This document shows, piece after piece, positions 1 to 9,338 of a DNA stretch of 64,000 bases. Every line of letters starts with the position of its first letter. The first letter of the stretch is position 1. Location of the stretch: the NCBI GenBank assembly GCA_051252375.1, contig JBPOFY010000004.1:128001-192000 (forward strand), in the 5' to 3' direction. The DNA is from Opitutaceae bacterium. GTDB lineage: Bacteria > Verrucomicrobiota > Verrucomicrobiia > Opitutales > Coraliomargaritaceae. The position numbers and the translations under genes are program-made. The notes beneath the pieces are model-generated. The model saw nothing but the letters and a program-made list of their open reading frames with translations. It was not told the DNA's origin and did not search any database.

Positions 1-71
1 ACCAAGATGAATGCCATCAAGGACAGAGCAATGACTAATGCGAAAGCAGATTGGCGAGAATCAGACTTCAT
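1..71 (-). CDS. 5' end (partial) of PilX-like / Verru_Chthon cassette A-like large pilin-type protein
   Basis: Not in the ORF track. Manual translation from ATG at 71 gives MKSDSRQSAFALVIALSLMAFILV, nearly identical to the N-terminus GFALVIALGLMGFVLV of 11664..15161. Runs off the window edge. Confidence 0.8.
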   Translation of the reverse strand, partial: MKSDSRQSAFALVIALSLMAFIL

Positions 72-323
72 AAATATGAACAGCTGGAATGATCGGGGTT
101 TGAGGGGTAGACGAAGTTCACTTCAATAGTTTAAGTAAATTTCCTTAAACATCAAACCTTGCAGTATATCCAATCCGTTGACGATAAAGTTCTGATACCC
201 AAAATAAGGTATTCCATCGCAAGCTAGGTTATCTGGATAGCAAGGCATAGCAACACAGTGCGCCCACCGATCCCTCCACCGGAAACTCATGGTTCGGGAA
301 ATGCCCATACCCAATCTCCATGC

Positions 324-590
324 CTCTGACGTATAAGACGGATTCCGGGAAACACGTCACTGAGTGACGTGGCTACACCTTACACCCTCCTTGTTCACAC
401 ACCTCTTCGTGCCTTGTAGGTTCCTCCATGATGTTAAATCAGCGCCCATCCGCGAAAATTAGCCGTCTTCAACTATGCTGGATTCTGGCCTGACTAACCC
501 CGTTGCTCATTCGACTGGCTCATGACAGGTAAGCAACAAGGCCACAGGGCGACCAACTTTAGCTCGTGGCCTCGAAGCTCTGCTTCGGGG
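324..590. repeat. Composite intergenic REP-like repeat cluster (modules A, B, C)
   Basis: 324-377 matches 52692-52745 (palindrome CACGTCAC-nga-GTGACGTG-GCTAC); 437-484 matches 52754-52801; 481-590 matches 58454-58537 (CCTCGAAGC-tc.-GCTTCGGG hairpin). Confidence 0.8.
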
Positions 591-638
591 AATGCTTAGC
601 TCCCCCTCTATTCAGAAATCGAGAGGGAGCATCCGAGC

Positions 639-2165
639 TTACTTCAAGCTAAGCTTAAAACCAGTGACCAACGCATCCGGGAGTTTACTTGGGAGCTTGA
701 TAGTTAACCCTTTGGCAGAACGCTCCCAGTGAAGCGTCTCTTTGCTACCCATCATTTCAATCTTAGCAATTTCCTGGTCGAGCACTCCTCCAGTCGCGAG
801 GGTCTCAATCAAGATATCCTCAGTCGGTGGAGTCAGCACATAGGCAAAGAGGTCACCATCTTTCGTCGTGAAACGGATATCCTGTTGCGAAAAGTCGTCA
901 TGGTTTTCTCCTTGTCGGCCATCCTTCATCTTCAATGGACCCTCACCGAATACCTTCCATGCTCGGGTGCCATAAATCCCTTCACCATTTATTCTAAGGA
1001 AATCCCCCATCGCGTTTAAATACACAGCTTGGTTCTCGGGAAGTGTGCCATCACCGCGCAAAGCGACATTCATCATCACGACACCGTTCTTACTGATTGC
1101 ATCGACCGCATTACCAACCATCACTGGAATGCTCATGCGATTCTTCGAGCCCTTTCGATAGAACCAACCACCCGATACATCCGTCGCCCACATCCAAGCT
1201 TCTGGCTTAATGTCTCCCGCACTGCCACGCTCGAGATTATAGGTAAAAGCACGGGGATCACGCTTACCGTCTTTGAAAGATAACACTACGGATTGCTTGC
1301 CATCATTCTCTTTCAAGTCGCGGTTGATGTAGGAGGCAAAAAGCTTCACCCCGAGTGCATTACCACGCTTTTCATTTGGATAAGGGGAATCGTTGTTAAA
1401 CATATCGGGATCGTATTTTTCGATAATCTCCCAACAGCGGTCATACCAATGCTGATTCCAGCTGTCCTGACTCGCGTAGCCCTTCGGGTCGAAGTCCATA
1501 TTAAAGAGCTTCGCTTCCAGTGTGCCCGAGGTCTGGTATTTTCGGGCAGCATTGAAAAAGCGAGGCGACCAGTAAAGGTGCGTGGACACGCCAAACTTAA
1601 GGCCGTGCTTATAGGCAGCCTCCTTCCACTCTTTCAAGGTATCACGCTTCGGTCCCATATCCGCCGAGTTCCACGGGTGGGACGAATCATACATGTCGAA
1701 GTTATCGTGGTGCGTGGCGACCGGCATAATAAAGCGCGCACCGTTCTCCTTACAGAATCTAACCAGCGCATCCGGATCCCAGTTTTCTGCAGTAAATAGA
1801 GGGATCAAATCTTCGTAGCCAAATTCAGAAGGATGACCATAACGCTCGGTATGGAAAGCGGTGAGCTCCTCCGTCATCTTCAACTGCCCACCGACTTCGC
1901 CATCGTTTGGACCATACATACGGCGACCGTAGTGCGAACCGTCGTTGGGTCGATTTTCGTCAGTCGAAGAGGGGACACCCCAATGCATCCAGACGCCAAA
2001 TTTACCGTCCACAAACCATTCCGGAACGGAGTAATTCGCAGCCATCGACTCCCAGGTTGGTTCGATAGGTCCAGTCGAAGGTTGAATTTCAGCAAGTAAG
2101 CTCGTCGCAACCGCACATAGGCCTCCAACCGCAAGTGCTTGAATGGCAATGAGATTTTCCTTCAT
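639..2165 (-). CDS. Alpha-L-fucosidase, GH29
   Basis: Signal peptide; PTWESM..VPEWFVDGKFGVWMHWG, HHDNFDMYDS, GEGIYGTRAW and DIRFTTK motifs typical of GH29. ATG at 2165 preferred over TTG at 2168. Confidence 0.9.
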   Translation of the reverse strand: MKENLIAIQALAVGGLCAVATSLLAEIQPSTGPIEPTWESMAANYSVPEWFVDGKFGVWMHWGVPSSTDENRPNDGSHYGRRMYGPNDGEVGGQLKMTEELTAFHTERYGHPSEFGYEDLIPLFTAENWDPDALVRFCKENGARFIMPVATHHDNFDMYDSSHPWNSADMGPKRDTLKEWKEAAYKHGLKFGVSTHLYWSPRFFNAARKYQTSGTLEAKLFNMDFDPKGYASQDSWNQHWYDRCWEIIEKYDPDMFNNDSPYPNEKRGNALGVKLFASYINRDLKENDGKQSVVLSFKDGKRDPRAFTYNLERGSAGDIKPEAWMWATDVSGGWFYRKGSKNRMSIPVMVGNAVDAISKNGVVMMNVALRGDGTLPENQAVYLNAMGDFLRINGEGIYGTRAWKVFGEGPLKMKDGRQGENHDDFSQQDIRFTTKDGDLFAYVLTPPTEDILIETLATGGVLDQEIAKIEMMGSKETLHWERSAKGLTIKLPSKLPDALVTGFKLSLK

Positions 2166-2187
2166 CAAATGAGACTGTAATAAATGA

Positions 2188-4020
2188 CTAAGGCGCTAAT
2201 TTCTTCACCACTGTCTGCGGCGGCACGCGCCCGAAAGATGGATCGTAGACAGGCATGCTCATACCTGCTGGAGTTTGCCAGCCTGGCTTCGGGCAATGCG
2301 TCACGTAGGCGTAATACGGTGTGGCTGAACCCTTAGAACTAATAAACAACGGAGCCAATTCGGTGACGCCCTTTTCAAGACTCACCTTAAAAGTCACTTC
2401 CTTTGCGCCCTTCGGAATGTCTTTAGTGATATCAATATCACCGATGCGCATACGTGCTTGCCGATACTTGTAAGCCTTTCCATAGGTGCCGTCATTGATT
2501 CCCTTGTCGGCTTCGACTGGCCAACGACGCAGCGAAATTTCATAGTCGCCAGCCTGCTCCACTTCGATTGCCCAGAAAGACTCTACAGCAACATCGCCGT
2601 CGATGATGTGCGTTTGATTCCAAGGCGGCAATTGGTCGAGCAACCAGTCGTGCGAGGAAAGCGGCACAATGGGTGCATGGTCGGAACCAATCACCATGTA
2701 GCTAATCAGATTATGCTCGCGAGAAACGTCGTCCCAGAACTTGTCGTATTCTGCGCGCATGCGCTCAAACACCTCAGGGTATTGTGCCGCTACATCGCTC
2801 GCCTGTTTTGGATCGGCTTCGATATCATAAAGCTCCTCGCCGTTTACCAAGCGCCACTGATCGGTCATCACCGCGCTCTTACGCCATTTAATCGGATCCA
2901 CGACACGCTGCGATTCAACGACAAGAGCACGTTCCTGCCAATGATCGCCGTCCGTGTAGAGCAGCTCGCGAATACTAGAACCATCAAACTCAATTTCGGG
3001 AGCTTCGAGCTCCAACAAGTCGATGAAAGTGGGTAGAATATCCATGTGCGCGGTCAAGCGCTCGACGGACTTACCTGCTTCGATCTTACCATTTGGCCAA
3101 CGAAGGATGAACGGCACACGGTGCCCCCCATCATATTCAGAATTCTTCGATCCGCGCATGCCACCGTCGTAACCGCCCCCCGTCTGATTAAGCCCGCCAG
3201 CCGTGCCATTGTCGGTCATGAAAACAAGAATCGTATTCTCGGCCAGCCCTTCGGTGTCGAGCATGTCCATGAGCTTCGCCATGTTGTCATCGATATTGGT
3301 GACCATGCCGTAAAATTCCGGATAAGAAACACGCGGGTCACCCTCGTAAGGGTCACTGTATTCAAGCGGACAATAAAACGGCTTGTGCGGTGCATTGAGT
3401 GAAATGTAAGCGAAAAAGGGTTTATCTTTATTCGCTTTGATGAACTTCATACCCTCATCAAACCAAACGTCAGTGCAGAACCCTTCAAAACGCTGCGGTT
3501 TGCCATTTATCCAATAGGTGTCGTCGAAGTAATCGTTGCCCCAGTAGTCAGGTGCTTGCCCCACTCCACCCGCTTGGTGATAAACGGTGTGCTGGAAACC
3601 ACGGTCCTCTGGACGATAGGGATACACGTCACCCAAGTGCCACTTGCCGAACAAGCCGGTGGCATAGCCATTGGATGTAAAAATATCCGCCATGGTGACT
3701 TCACGGCGACGTAACATATTACGCCCCTGCACAGTGTGCCAAACCCCTACGCGATTTGAATGGCGACCAGTCATCAAAGCAGAGCGTGTCGGTGCACATG
3801 TGGGATCCACATGGAAGTCATTTAGCAAAGTGCCCTGAGTGCGCAGCTTATCGATATTGGGTGTTTTAATCACCGGGTTTCCGGTAAAACCGAGATCACC
3901 ATAACCTTGGTCATCCGTTATCACGATGATGACGTTGGGCTGCTCGGCGTTCTTGGAAAGCGCAGGCTGTGCAATGGCCGCAAGCGCGGCGAGGGTGAGG
4001 ATAAATGACTTTATACGCAT
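2188..4020 (-). CDS. Formylglycine-dependent sulfatase (S1) with C-terminal extension
   Basis: Signal peptide; [30 protein letters not shown] and GGHRVP motifs. Confidence 0.95.
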   Translation of the reverse strand: MRIKSFILTLAALAAIAQPALSKNAEQPNVIIVITDDQGYGDLGFTGNPVIKTPNIDKLRTQGTLLNDFHVDPTCAPTRSALMTGRHSNRVGVWHTVQGRNMLRRREVTMADIFTSNGYATGLFGKWHLGDVYPYRPEDRGFQHTVYHQAGGVGQAPDYWGNDYFDDTYWINGKPQRFEGFCTDVWFDEGMKFIKANKDKPFFAYISLNAPHKPFYCPLEYSDPYEGDPRVSYPEFYGMVTNIDDNMAKLMDMLDTEGLAENTILVFMTDNGTAGGLNQTGGGYDGGMRGSKNSEYDGGHRVPFILRWPNGKIEAGKSVERLTAHMDILPTFIDLLELEAPEIEFDGSSIRELLYTDGDHWQERALVVESQRVVDPIKWRKSAVMTDQWRLVNGEELYDIEADPKQASDVAAQYPEVFERMRAEYDKFWDDVSREHNLISYMVIGSDHAPIVPLSSHDWLLDQLPPWNQTHIIDGDVAVESFWAIEVEQAGDYEISLRRWPVEADKGINDGTYGKAYKYRQARMRIGDIDITKDIPKGAKEVTFKVSLEKGVTELAPLFISSKGSATPYYAYVTHCPKPGWQTPAGMSMPVYDPSFGRVPPQTVVKKLAP

Positions 4021-4033
4021 AAGTTAAATCTCT

Positions 4034-5482
4034 CTATAGGGTGACTTTGATCACCGTGTTATATTCATCCACTGGACTTGCTGGCAGACTAATTTTTAAA
4101 GCTTTTCCGTCTCGAGAAAATTTGACTTTCTCGCCATTGGCGAGGAAGAAAGCCCTCCTCGCTCTACTCGGCATATTCTCAACCGTAATACTACGGGAGA
4201 CCTCCCCTCCAGTTTCGCTTGCTTCAGGCCAATGCAGCACATGGAGATAGAGCGTTTTGCCGTCTTTGCTAATAGAGCAGTCGCCCCACTCAGGACGCTC
4301 GGGCAATGGATTACGGACGGTGCCGTAGATCGACTCACCGTTCACCTTCAGCCAGTCACCGATCACTCCGTAAAGACGCACCGCTTCAGGGTCGAGTTGC
4401 CCGTTACCCATTGGGCCGTTATTGAGCAGTGAGTTGCCACCTGCACAAACGGTGTGCACTAAGCGCTCAATCATCTCTTTTTCCGTATGGTAATAGTGAT
4501 TGCCCTTGGTCTTATAGCCGAACGACGAGCTCACACTGTCAGGCGACTCAACATAAAGTGGCAGCTTACGATCAGGGACTTCTTTATCACCAATCGAAAC
4601 ATAATCATAGAGCGGCAAATATTGTGGCTCGATCTTGCCCTTACCGCGGTGAATCAGGCGGGAGTTGATTAGGCAGTTCGGGCGATACTTCCGCACCATA
4701 TCGCTAAAGAGTTTCGCGCGCTCAAAATTCATTTGAACTGGGGTATCGAACCAGATCAAATCTAGCTCGTAGTTCTTCACTAGCTCCTCCACCTGGGGAA
4801 GGCTTTTCTTCATGATATAGCTATCGAAATCGGGCTCGAAATCGGCAGGTAGTTCAGGGTGCAGGAAGCTGCGCTTGGTGCGCGTGTTCAAGTATGGTGC
4901 ATCCGGCTCATCCCAGTCTTGGGCGTGCGAGTAATAGACGCCGAACTTGAGTCCTTGTTTGTGGCAGGCCTCGCTCAACTCTTTGATGATGTCGCGCTTG
5001 AACGGAGTGTAGTCGACAATGTTGTAGTCACTCACCATCGAATCGAAGAGCGCGAAACCATCGTGGTGCTTCGAGGTGATCACAACATACTTGATGCCTG
5101 AGTCCTTAAAGACCTTGGCCCATGCATCGGCATCGAAGTCAACAGGGTTAAACTGCTTGGCGACTTCATGATACTCTGTAGCCGACATTTGAGCGGAAAC
5201 TTGAATCCACTCAGAATACCGGAAACCATTGCCGCGGCCTTCGTATTCTCCTTCGAGCTGAGAATACACACCAAAGTGAATAAAAGCACCGAACTTCGCG
5301 TCACGAAACCAGAGCTCTTGTCGGGCGATCGAGTCGGGAGTCTGTTGCAAATCATCCGCAAAGCGGTATTCAAAGCTCACATCACCTGCTGGTTGATTGG
5401 GAGCTTTTTTTGCTGGTTCATTGGCAGTGAGCGATAGTGTGCCTGCTAGGATTGCGATGAGCGGTATGAGTTTTGTCTTCAT
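4034..5482 (-). CDS. Alpha-L-fucosidase, GH29
   Basis: Signal peptide; WFRDAKFGAFIHFG, TSKHHDGFALFDS, LIWFD nucleophile motif, NGESIYGT. Confidence 0.92.
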   Translation of the reverse strand: MKTKLIPLIAILAGTLSLTANEPAKKAPNQPAGDVSFEYRFADDLQQTPDSIARQELWFRDAKFGAFIHFGVYSQLEGEYEGRGNGFRYSEWIQVSAQMSATEYHEVAKQFNPVDFDADAWAKVFKDSGIKYVVITSKHHDGFALFDSMVSDYNIVDYTPFKRDIIKELSEACHKQGLKFGVYYSHAQDWDEPDAPYLNTRTKRSFLHPELPADFEPDFDSYIMKKSLPQVEELVKNYELDLIWFDTPVQMNFERAKLFSDMVRKYRPNCLINSRLIHRGKGKIEPQYLPLYDYVSIGDKEVPDRKLPLYVESPDSVSSSFGYKTKGNHYYHTEKEMIERLVHTVCAGGNSLLNNGPMGNGQLDPEAVRLYGVIGDWLKVNGESIYGTVRNPLPERPEWGDCSISKDGKTLYLHVLHWPEASETGGEVSRSITVENMPSRARRAFFLANGEKVKFSRDGKALKISLPASPVDEYNTVIKVTL

Positions 5483-5513
5483 GATATGAATGATGTATTG
5501 GTTCGTTTAAATT

Positions 5514-6902
5514 TTATTGACCGGACTTCTTTTCCTTCTCCTTTTTGCTATAAGTCCGCGCTAAGCAGGCTGGATCCGCTTCAGTCGGGAGTTCGGCATA
5601 CCATTCGAAGAGCAACTGTTTAAGTCGTGCAGTTATTTCGGGATTCTCCTTAGACTTTTCTAGGCTCACATCCTCGAAGCGATTCTCCTTCATGTTATAG
5701 AGTTCGACGCGGTCGCCTTCGAAAGTTGTGACTAGTTTCCAATCACCATAACGAATGGCAAGTCGCGGCCAGAGATCGGGCTCACCTTCATGGTCTTTTT
5801 TAAGCCAGAAGATAGGACGTGTCCGAGCGATTTGTTTACCGTGAAAAGCACGAATCAGTTTTTCACCGTCAAGTTCAGCATCCTTCGGCAGCTTAATGCC
5901 TGCGGCTGCACAGAATGTCGGCAACAGATCCACCGCAGTGATCACGGTATTATCGTTCACGACACCTGCTGGTAGATTTGCTGGCCAACGGACGATGAAT
6001 GGCACACGCACACCACCCTCGAAGAGGCTACGTTTACCGCCACGCAAACCGCCCGTGGTGCCGACGCTATACCACCAAGCATACTTATCTGTTTCACCAT
6101 TTCGAGTTCTTGACTTCCGTTTTTCATTACCGGTTTCTTCTGGACCATTGTCACTGGAGAAGACCACGATGGTGTTTTCTGCAATACCGGCCTTATCCAG
6201 CGCGTCCATTACTTGACCGACCTTATTGTCACCGTCCTTGAGAACCGCGGCATAGACTTGTTTCTGCTCATCAAGGTGCTTGAAATGCTCCATCGAAGCA
6301 TCACTTGGCTCGTGCGGCAGGTGCGTTTCGTGCAACCAAACATTTAGATAAAAGGGACGATCCTTGTTCTCTTCAATGAACTTCGCGGCATAGTCACCGA
6401 TCTCTTCGTATTTAAGCTGTGGTCCTGGACCAGCAAACACTCGTGATTCATCAAAACCATAGTCGGCAACTTCTGGCGCACCGGGAATACCATGACGCCC
6501 CATGTGCCATTTACCAACGTGACCCGTGTAGTAGCCGGCTGCTTTAAAGTAGTGAGCGATGTTGGGGGCTTTTGGATCGAGCCAATCTGGACGCTCCTTC
6601 ATCTTACTGCCTCCACTGAAAATATCGTTGATCCCGAAGCGTGATGAGAAACGCCCCGTCATCGCAGCCACACGACTGGGTGAACAGATCGGATTGAGCA
6701 CATTAAACTGCTGGAAATCCGTTCCTTGGCTCGCCAAGCGATCCAAGTTCGGGGTATCGACCCACTCAGTGCCATGAGCAGAAATATCACCCCAGCCCCA
6801 GTCATCCGCATAGATGAAGACGATATTCGGTCTATCCGACTGCCCCCAACTGAGGGCGAAGAGGTATAGGAAGGCCGCGACAATGATAGATAGTTTTTTC
6901 AT
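5514..6902 (-). CDS. Formylglycine-dependent sulfatase (S1)
   Basis: PNIVFIYADDWG, CSPSRVAAMTGR, GKWHMG, SSDNGP and EGGVRVP motifs; signal peptide. Confidence 0.95.
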   Translation of the reverse strand: MKKLSIIVAAFLYLFALSWGQSDRPNIVFIYADDWGWGDISAHGTEWVDTPNLDRLASQGTDFQQFNVLNPICSPSRVAAMTGRFSSRFGINDIFSGGSKMKERPDWLDPKAPNIAHYFKAAGYYTGHVGKWHMGRHGIPGAPEVADYGFDESRVFAGPGPQLKYEEIGDYAAKFIEENKDRPFYLNVWLHETHLPHEPSDASMEHFKHLDEQKQVYAAVLKDGDNKVGQVMDALDKAGIAENTIVVFSSDNGPEETGNEKRKSRTRNGETDKYAWWYSVGTTGGLRGGKRSLFEGGVRVPFIVRWPANLPAGVVNDNTVITAVDLLPTFCAAAGIKLPKDAELDGEKLIRAFHGKQIARTRPIFWLKKDHEGEPDLWPRLAIRYGDWKLVTTFEGDRVELYNMKENRFEDVSLEKSKENPEITARLKQLLFEWYAELPTEADPACLARTYSKKEKEKKSGQ

Positions 6903-6904
6903 AG

Positions 6905-9082
6905 TTAATTCTTAAGTAAACCCGCTTTCGAAACATCCAATGGGACAATACCAAGTTTTAGGGCAGGTGAATCGGGATGAAAACGGAAATCGCCATTTTC
7001 GGGATCTACAAAGAGCGGATCGACGGCTAGACTGTGCGCATCCACACCCTCGCTTTGTTTCTTATCGAGAACGCTTTGGCTGACACTGGAATCACCAGCA
7101 GAGAAATAGATGTTAAAGTCCGTATCGGCGTCTTTAGCGAGGGCGGCGTCTGGCACCCGGAAATTTTTACCCTCCTCATAAAACCGCGGATTGCCGCCGG
7201 CTAGATCGTAAAGAATGTTTCGCTGATAAGCCCCTCCCGTCATCGGCCCCTCATAGAGCTTGAAGTAAGACGCGCGCTCCTGCTTCCCCTTGTGGGTGCC
7301 AGGGATAATATCCACGATAAAGTTGTTAATCGCGTGATTATTGAGCTTCACCTGCATCCCTTGCGAAACGCATTTATAGACCACGTTCTCAGTGATAAGC
7401 GTGTCGCGCTGGCCTCCGTCAGTCCGAAGCGCAGACTGCATCACGGTAGTCGCCAATAGATGGTGAATGAAGTTGCGACGAATGATATTTCCGGCGCCTG
7501 CACCGCGAATATAGATACCATTACCATCAGCTAGTTGCTGCATCGCATGGTGGATTTCGTTATACTCGATCAAATTATCATGCGTGTGCAAGTAAGGGCG
7601 CACCTCTTCCAGACTGCGCTCCCCGCGCTTACCCTTGACTTCATGCCAGCGGATCGTCGGCGACATCTCGCGGCTCCACTTCTTGAAAAAGTCCGTCATC
7701 ACTCCCGAGATGATAATGCCCGCATACGGCGTGTGATGAATCAGGTTATTGGAAACGCGATTCTCACCACTCTGCCAGAGAAAGATGCCCGGCGAGTGTG
7801 CATAAATCGCGCCGGTGTTGTGTATATGATTATTGGATACAAAATTATGATGGTTCACATCCTTGGTGCCTGGGCCATACCCACAAAGTAAAATGCCAGT
7901 GCCACCGATGTGCTCAATGTGGTTCCCCACCACGCGATTGTTTTGAGCATGTAGATCCATGCGAACCGCACCGCCGCCACTGTGTGCAAAATGACAATTA
8001 TCGACAACGCAGTTTTCAGAACCACGGAAACGAAGCATCGCATTGGCTTTATCGTGAAGCTCCCAATCGTGCTGCAAACCTTTATCCCCATCGAGCAGTG
8101 AATAACGATCGCCATGCATGAAAGTCAGACCGCGAAAAACCAGATTACGAACAGGGATATCGGTCGGGCCCAACTCGTCAACTTGCCCTTCGACTCGGAC
8201 GAGTTCCTTTAACTGAGGATATAGAATCGGCGACTGCTCTCTCGGCCAAAGGTAAAGCTTCTGCTCCTGTGTATTCAGCACCCACTCACCCGGCTCATCG
8301 AGAGCCTCCAAAACGTTCTCCACCCAGCAAGAATTCAAGTCACCGAGGAAGTGTAGCGAGTCCATCAAATAAGAGGCGTTTACTGAGGTGTGCGCGACCT
8401 GCTTGTTTTCATCGACCGACTTGAGTGGAAGGATATTTAAAACCCATGCATGATGCGGACGAATCAGTATCTCGACATCGCTAAGATTGGACCAATTCTT
8501 CAGTGTGCCCTCGGGGAAACGAAGTCGATCTTTCGAGCCACCTTCATTCGGCTTAAATCCGGCCGAACGCGCACGTGGCAACAGACCCTCTTTATCGTAG
8601 AGCGTAAAGAAACGTTCCGACACATCTGCAACCAACACTTTACCTACAGCTGCCTCCGGCAGACCGGGCAATGTCGTCGTCACCTTCCGCCACCCCTTGA
8701 CTAGCTTACCAGAACTAAAGATCGGCTTCTCTCCGGGGTATGCTGCGTAAGTAACCGTTGAGTCACCCTTTCCTGAATCTTCAACACCGAAAACCACTGT
8801 CTCGCTAAGCGGATAATGGCCTCCACGTATCTGGACGAGAATGTCTTTGGCAGCCGCGCGCTGGTTTAATGCACGCACGGCGTCGCGCGCTCGCCCTAAG
8901 GTCGAGAACGGTCCATCGCTACCATCCGCATTTGGCTCCGCTAAAGTTCCCGACCATGTGTCCGAGCCTTTGCTAGAAATGTAAAAGTCCACCGCATCCG
9001 CCGAATCAGCATAAGAGGCCCCGCCCCAAATGATACTCAGGACAGAGAGGAAAATGATTTTGATGCCAAAAGAATGACGCAT
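6905..9082 (-). CDS. Right-handed beta-helix glycoside hydrolase, GH141-like (putative fucosidase)
   Basis: N-terminus FYISSKGSDTWSGTLAEPN..DGPFSTLGRARDAVR, RGGHY, TYAAYPGEKP and LDEPGEW motifs, Asn-ladder repeats and C-terminal DPLFVDPENGDFRF; context of GH29 genes and sulfatases. Confidence 0.75.
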   Translation of the reverse strand: MRHSFGIKIIFLSVLSIIWGGASYADSADAVDFYISSKGSDTWSGTLAEPNADGSDGPFSTLGRARDAVRALNQRAAAKDILVQIRGGHYPLSETVVFGVEDSGKGDSTVTYAAYPGEKPIFSSGKLVKGWRKVTTTLPGLPEAAVGKVLVADVSERFFTLYDKEGLLPRARSAGFKPNEGGSKDRLRFPEGTLKNWSNLSDVEILIRPHHAWVLNILPLKSVDENKQVAHTSVNASYLMDSLHFLGDLNSCWVENVLEALDEPGEWVLNTQEQKLYLWPREQSPILYPQLKELVRVEGQVDELGPTDIPVRNLVFRGLTFMHGDRYSLLDGDKGLQHDWELHDKANAMLRFRGSENCVVDNCHFAHSGGGAVRMDLHAQNNRVVGNHIEHIGGTGILLCGYGPGTKDVNHHNFVSNNHIHNTGAIYAHSPGIFLWQSGENRVSNNLIHHTPYAGIIISGVMTDFFKKWSREMSPTIRWHEVKGKRGERSLEEVRPYLHTHDNLIEYNEIHHAMQQLADGNGIYIRGAGAGNIIRRNFIHHLLATTVMQSALRTDGGQRDTLITENVVYKCVSQGMQVKLNNHAINNFIVDIIPGTHKGKQERASYFKLYEGPMTGGAYQRNILYDLAGGNPRFYEEGKNFRVPDAALAKDADTDFNIYFSAGDSSVSQSVLDKKQSEGVDAHSLAVDPLFVDPENGDFRFHPDSPALKLGIVPLDVSKAGLLKN

Positions 9083-9114
9083 ATGGGGCAGATACTAAGA
9101 GGGTTGTTACTTAC

Positions 9115-9312
9115 TTAAATTCTAAACAAAGCACGGTTGCAATAGCATCCAGCGGCGCTGCAGGAAGTTGCACAGAGAAGTCCTTGGACCTGCTCGATCG
9201 AGAGCTTCGAAGCTGGTGCAGCCAACAGATAAGCACTGGCAACTGTCATGCAGGCCAAAAAGCCTAAAACAATTCTACGGATTCGGTCATAAGGCTGACT
9301 TACGTGCTTCAT
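9115..9312 (-). pseudogene. Possible remnant of a secreted-protein gene (signal peptide plus short tail)
   Basis: MKHVSQPYDRIRRIVLGFLACMTVASAYLLAA.. looks like a signal peptide; the ORF is only 65 aa and lies in operon orientation between two enzyme genes. Confidence 0.35.
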
Positions 9313-9338
9313 CTTTGATACAGTCTCTAATCTTAAAA

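Noticed and set aside
123..314. 63-aa minus-strand ORF
   Set aside because: No recognisable motif or signal; lies in the upstream region of the pilin-like gene; cannot be supported as a gene.
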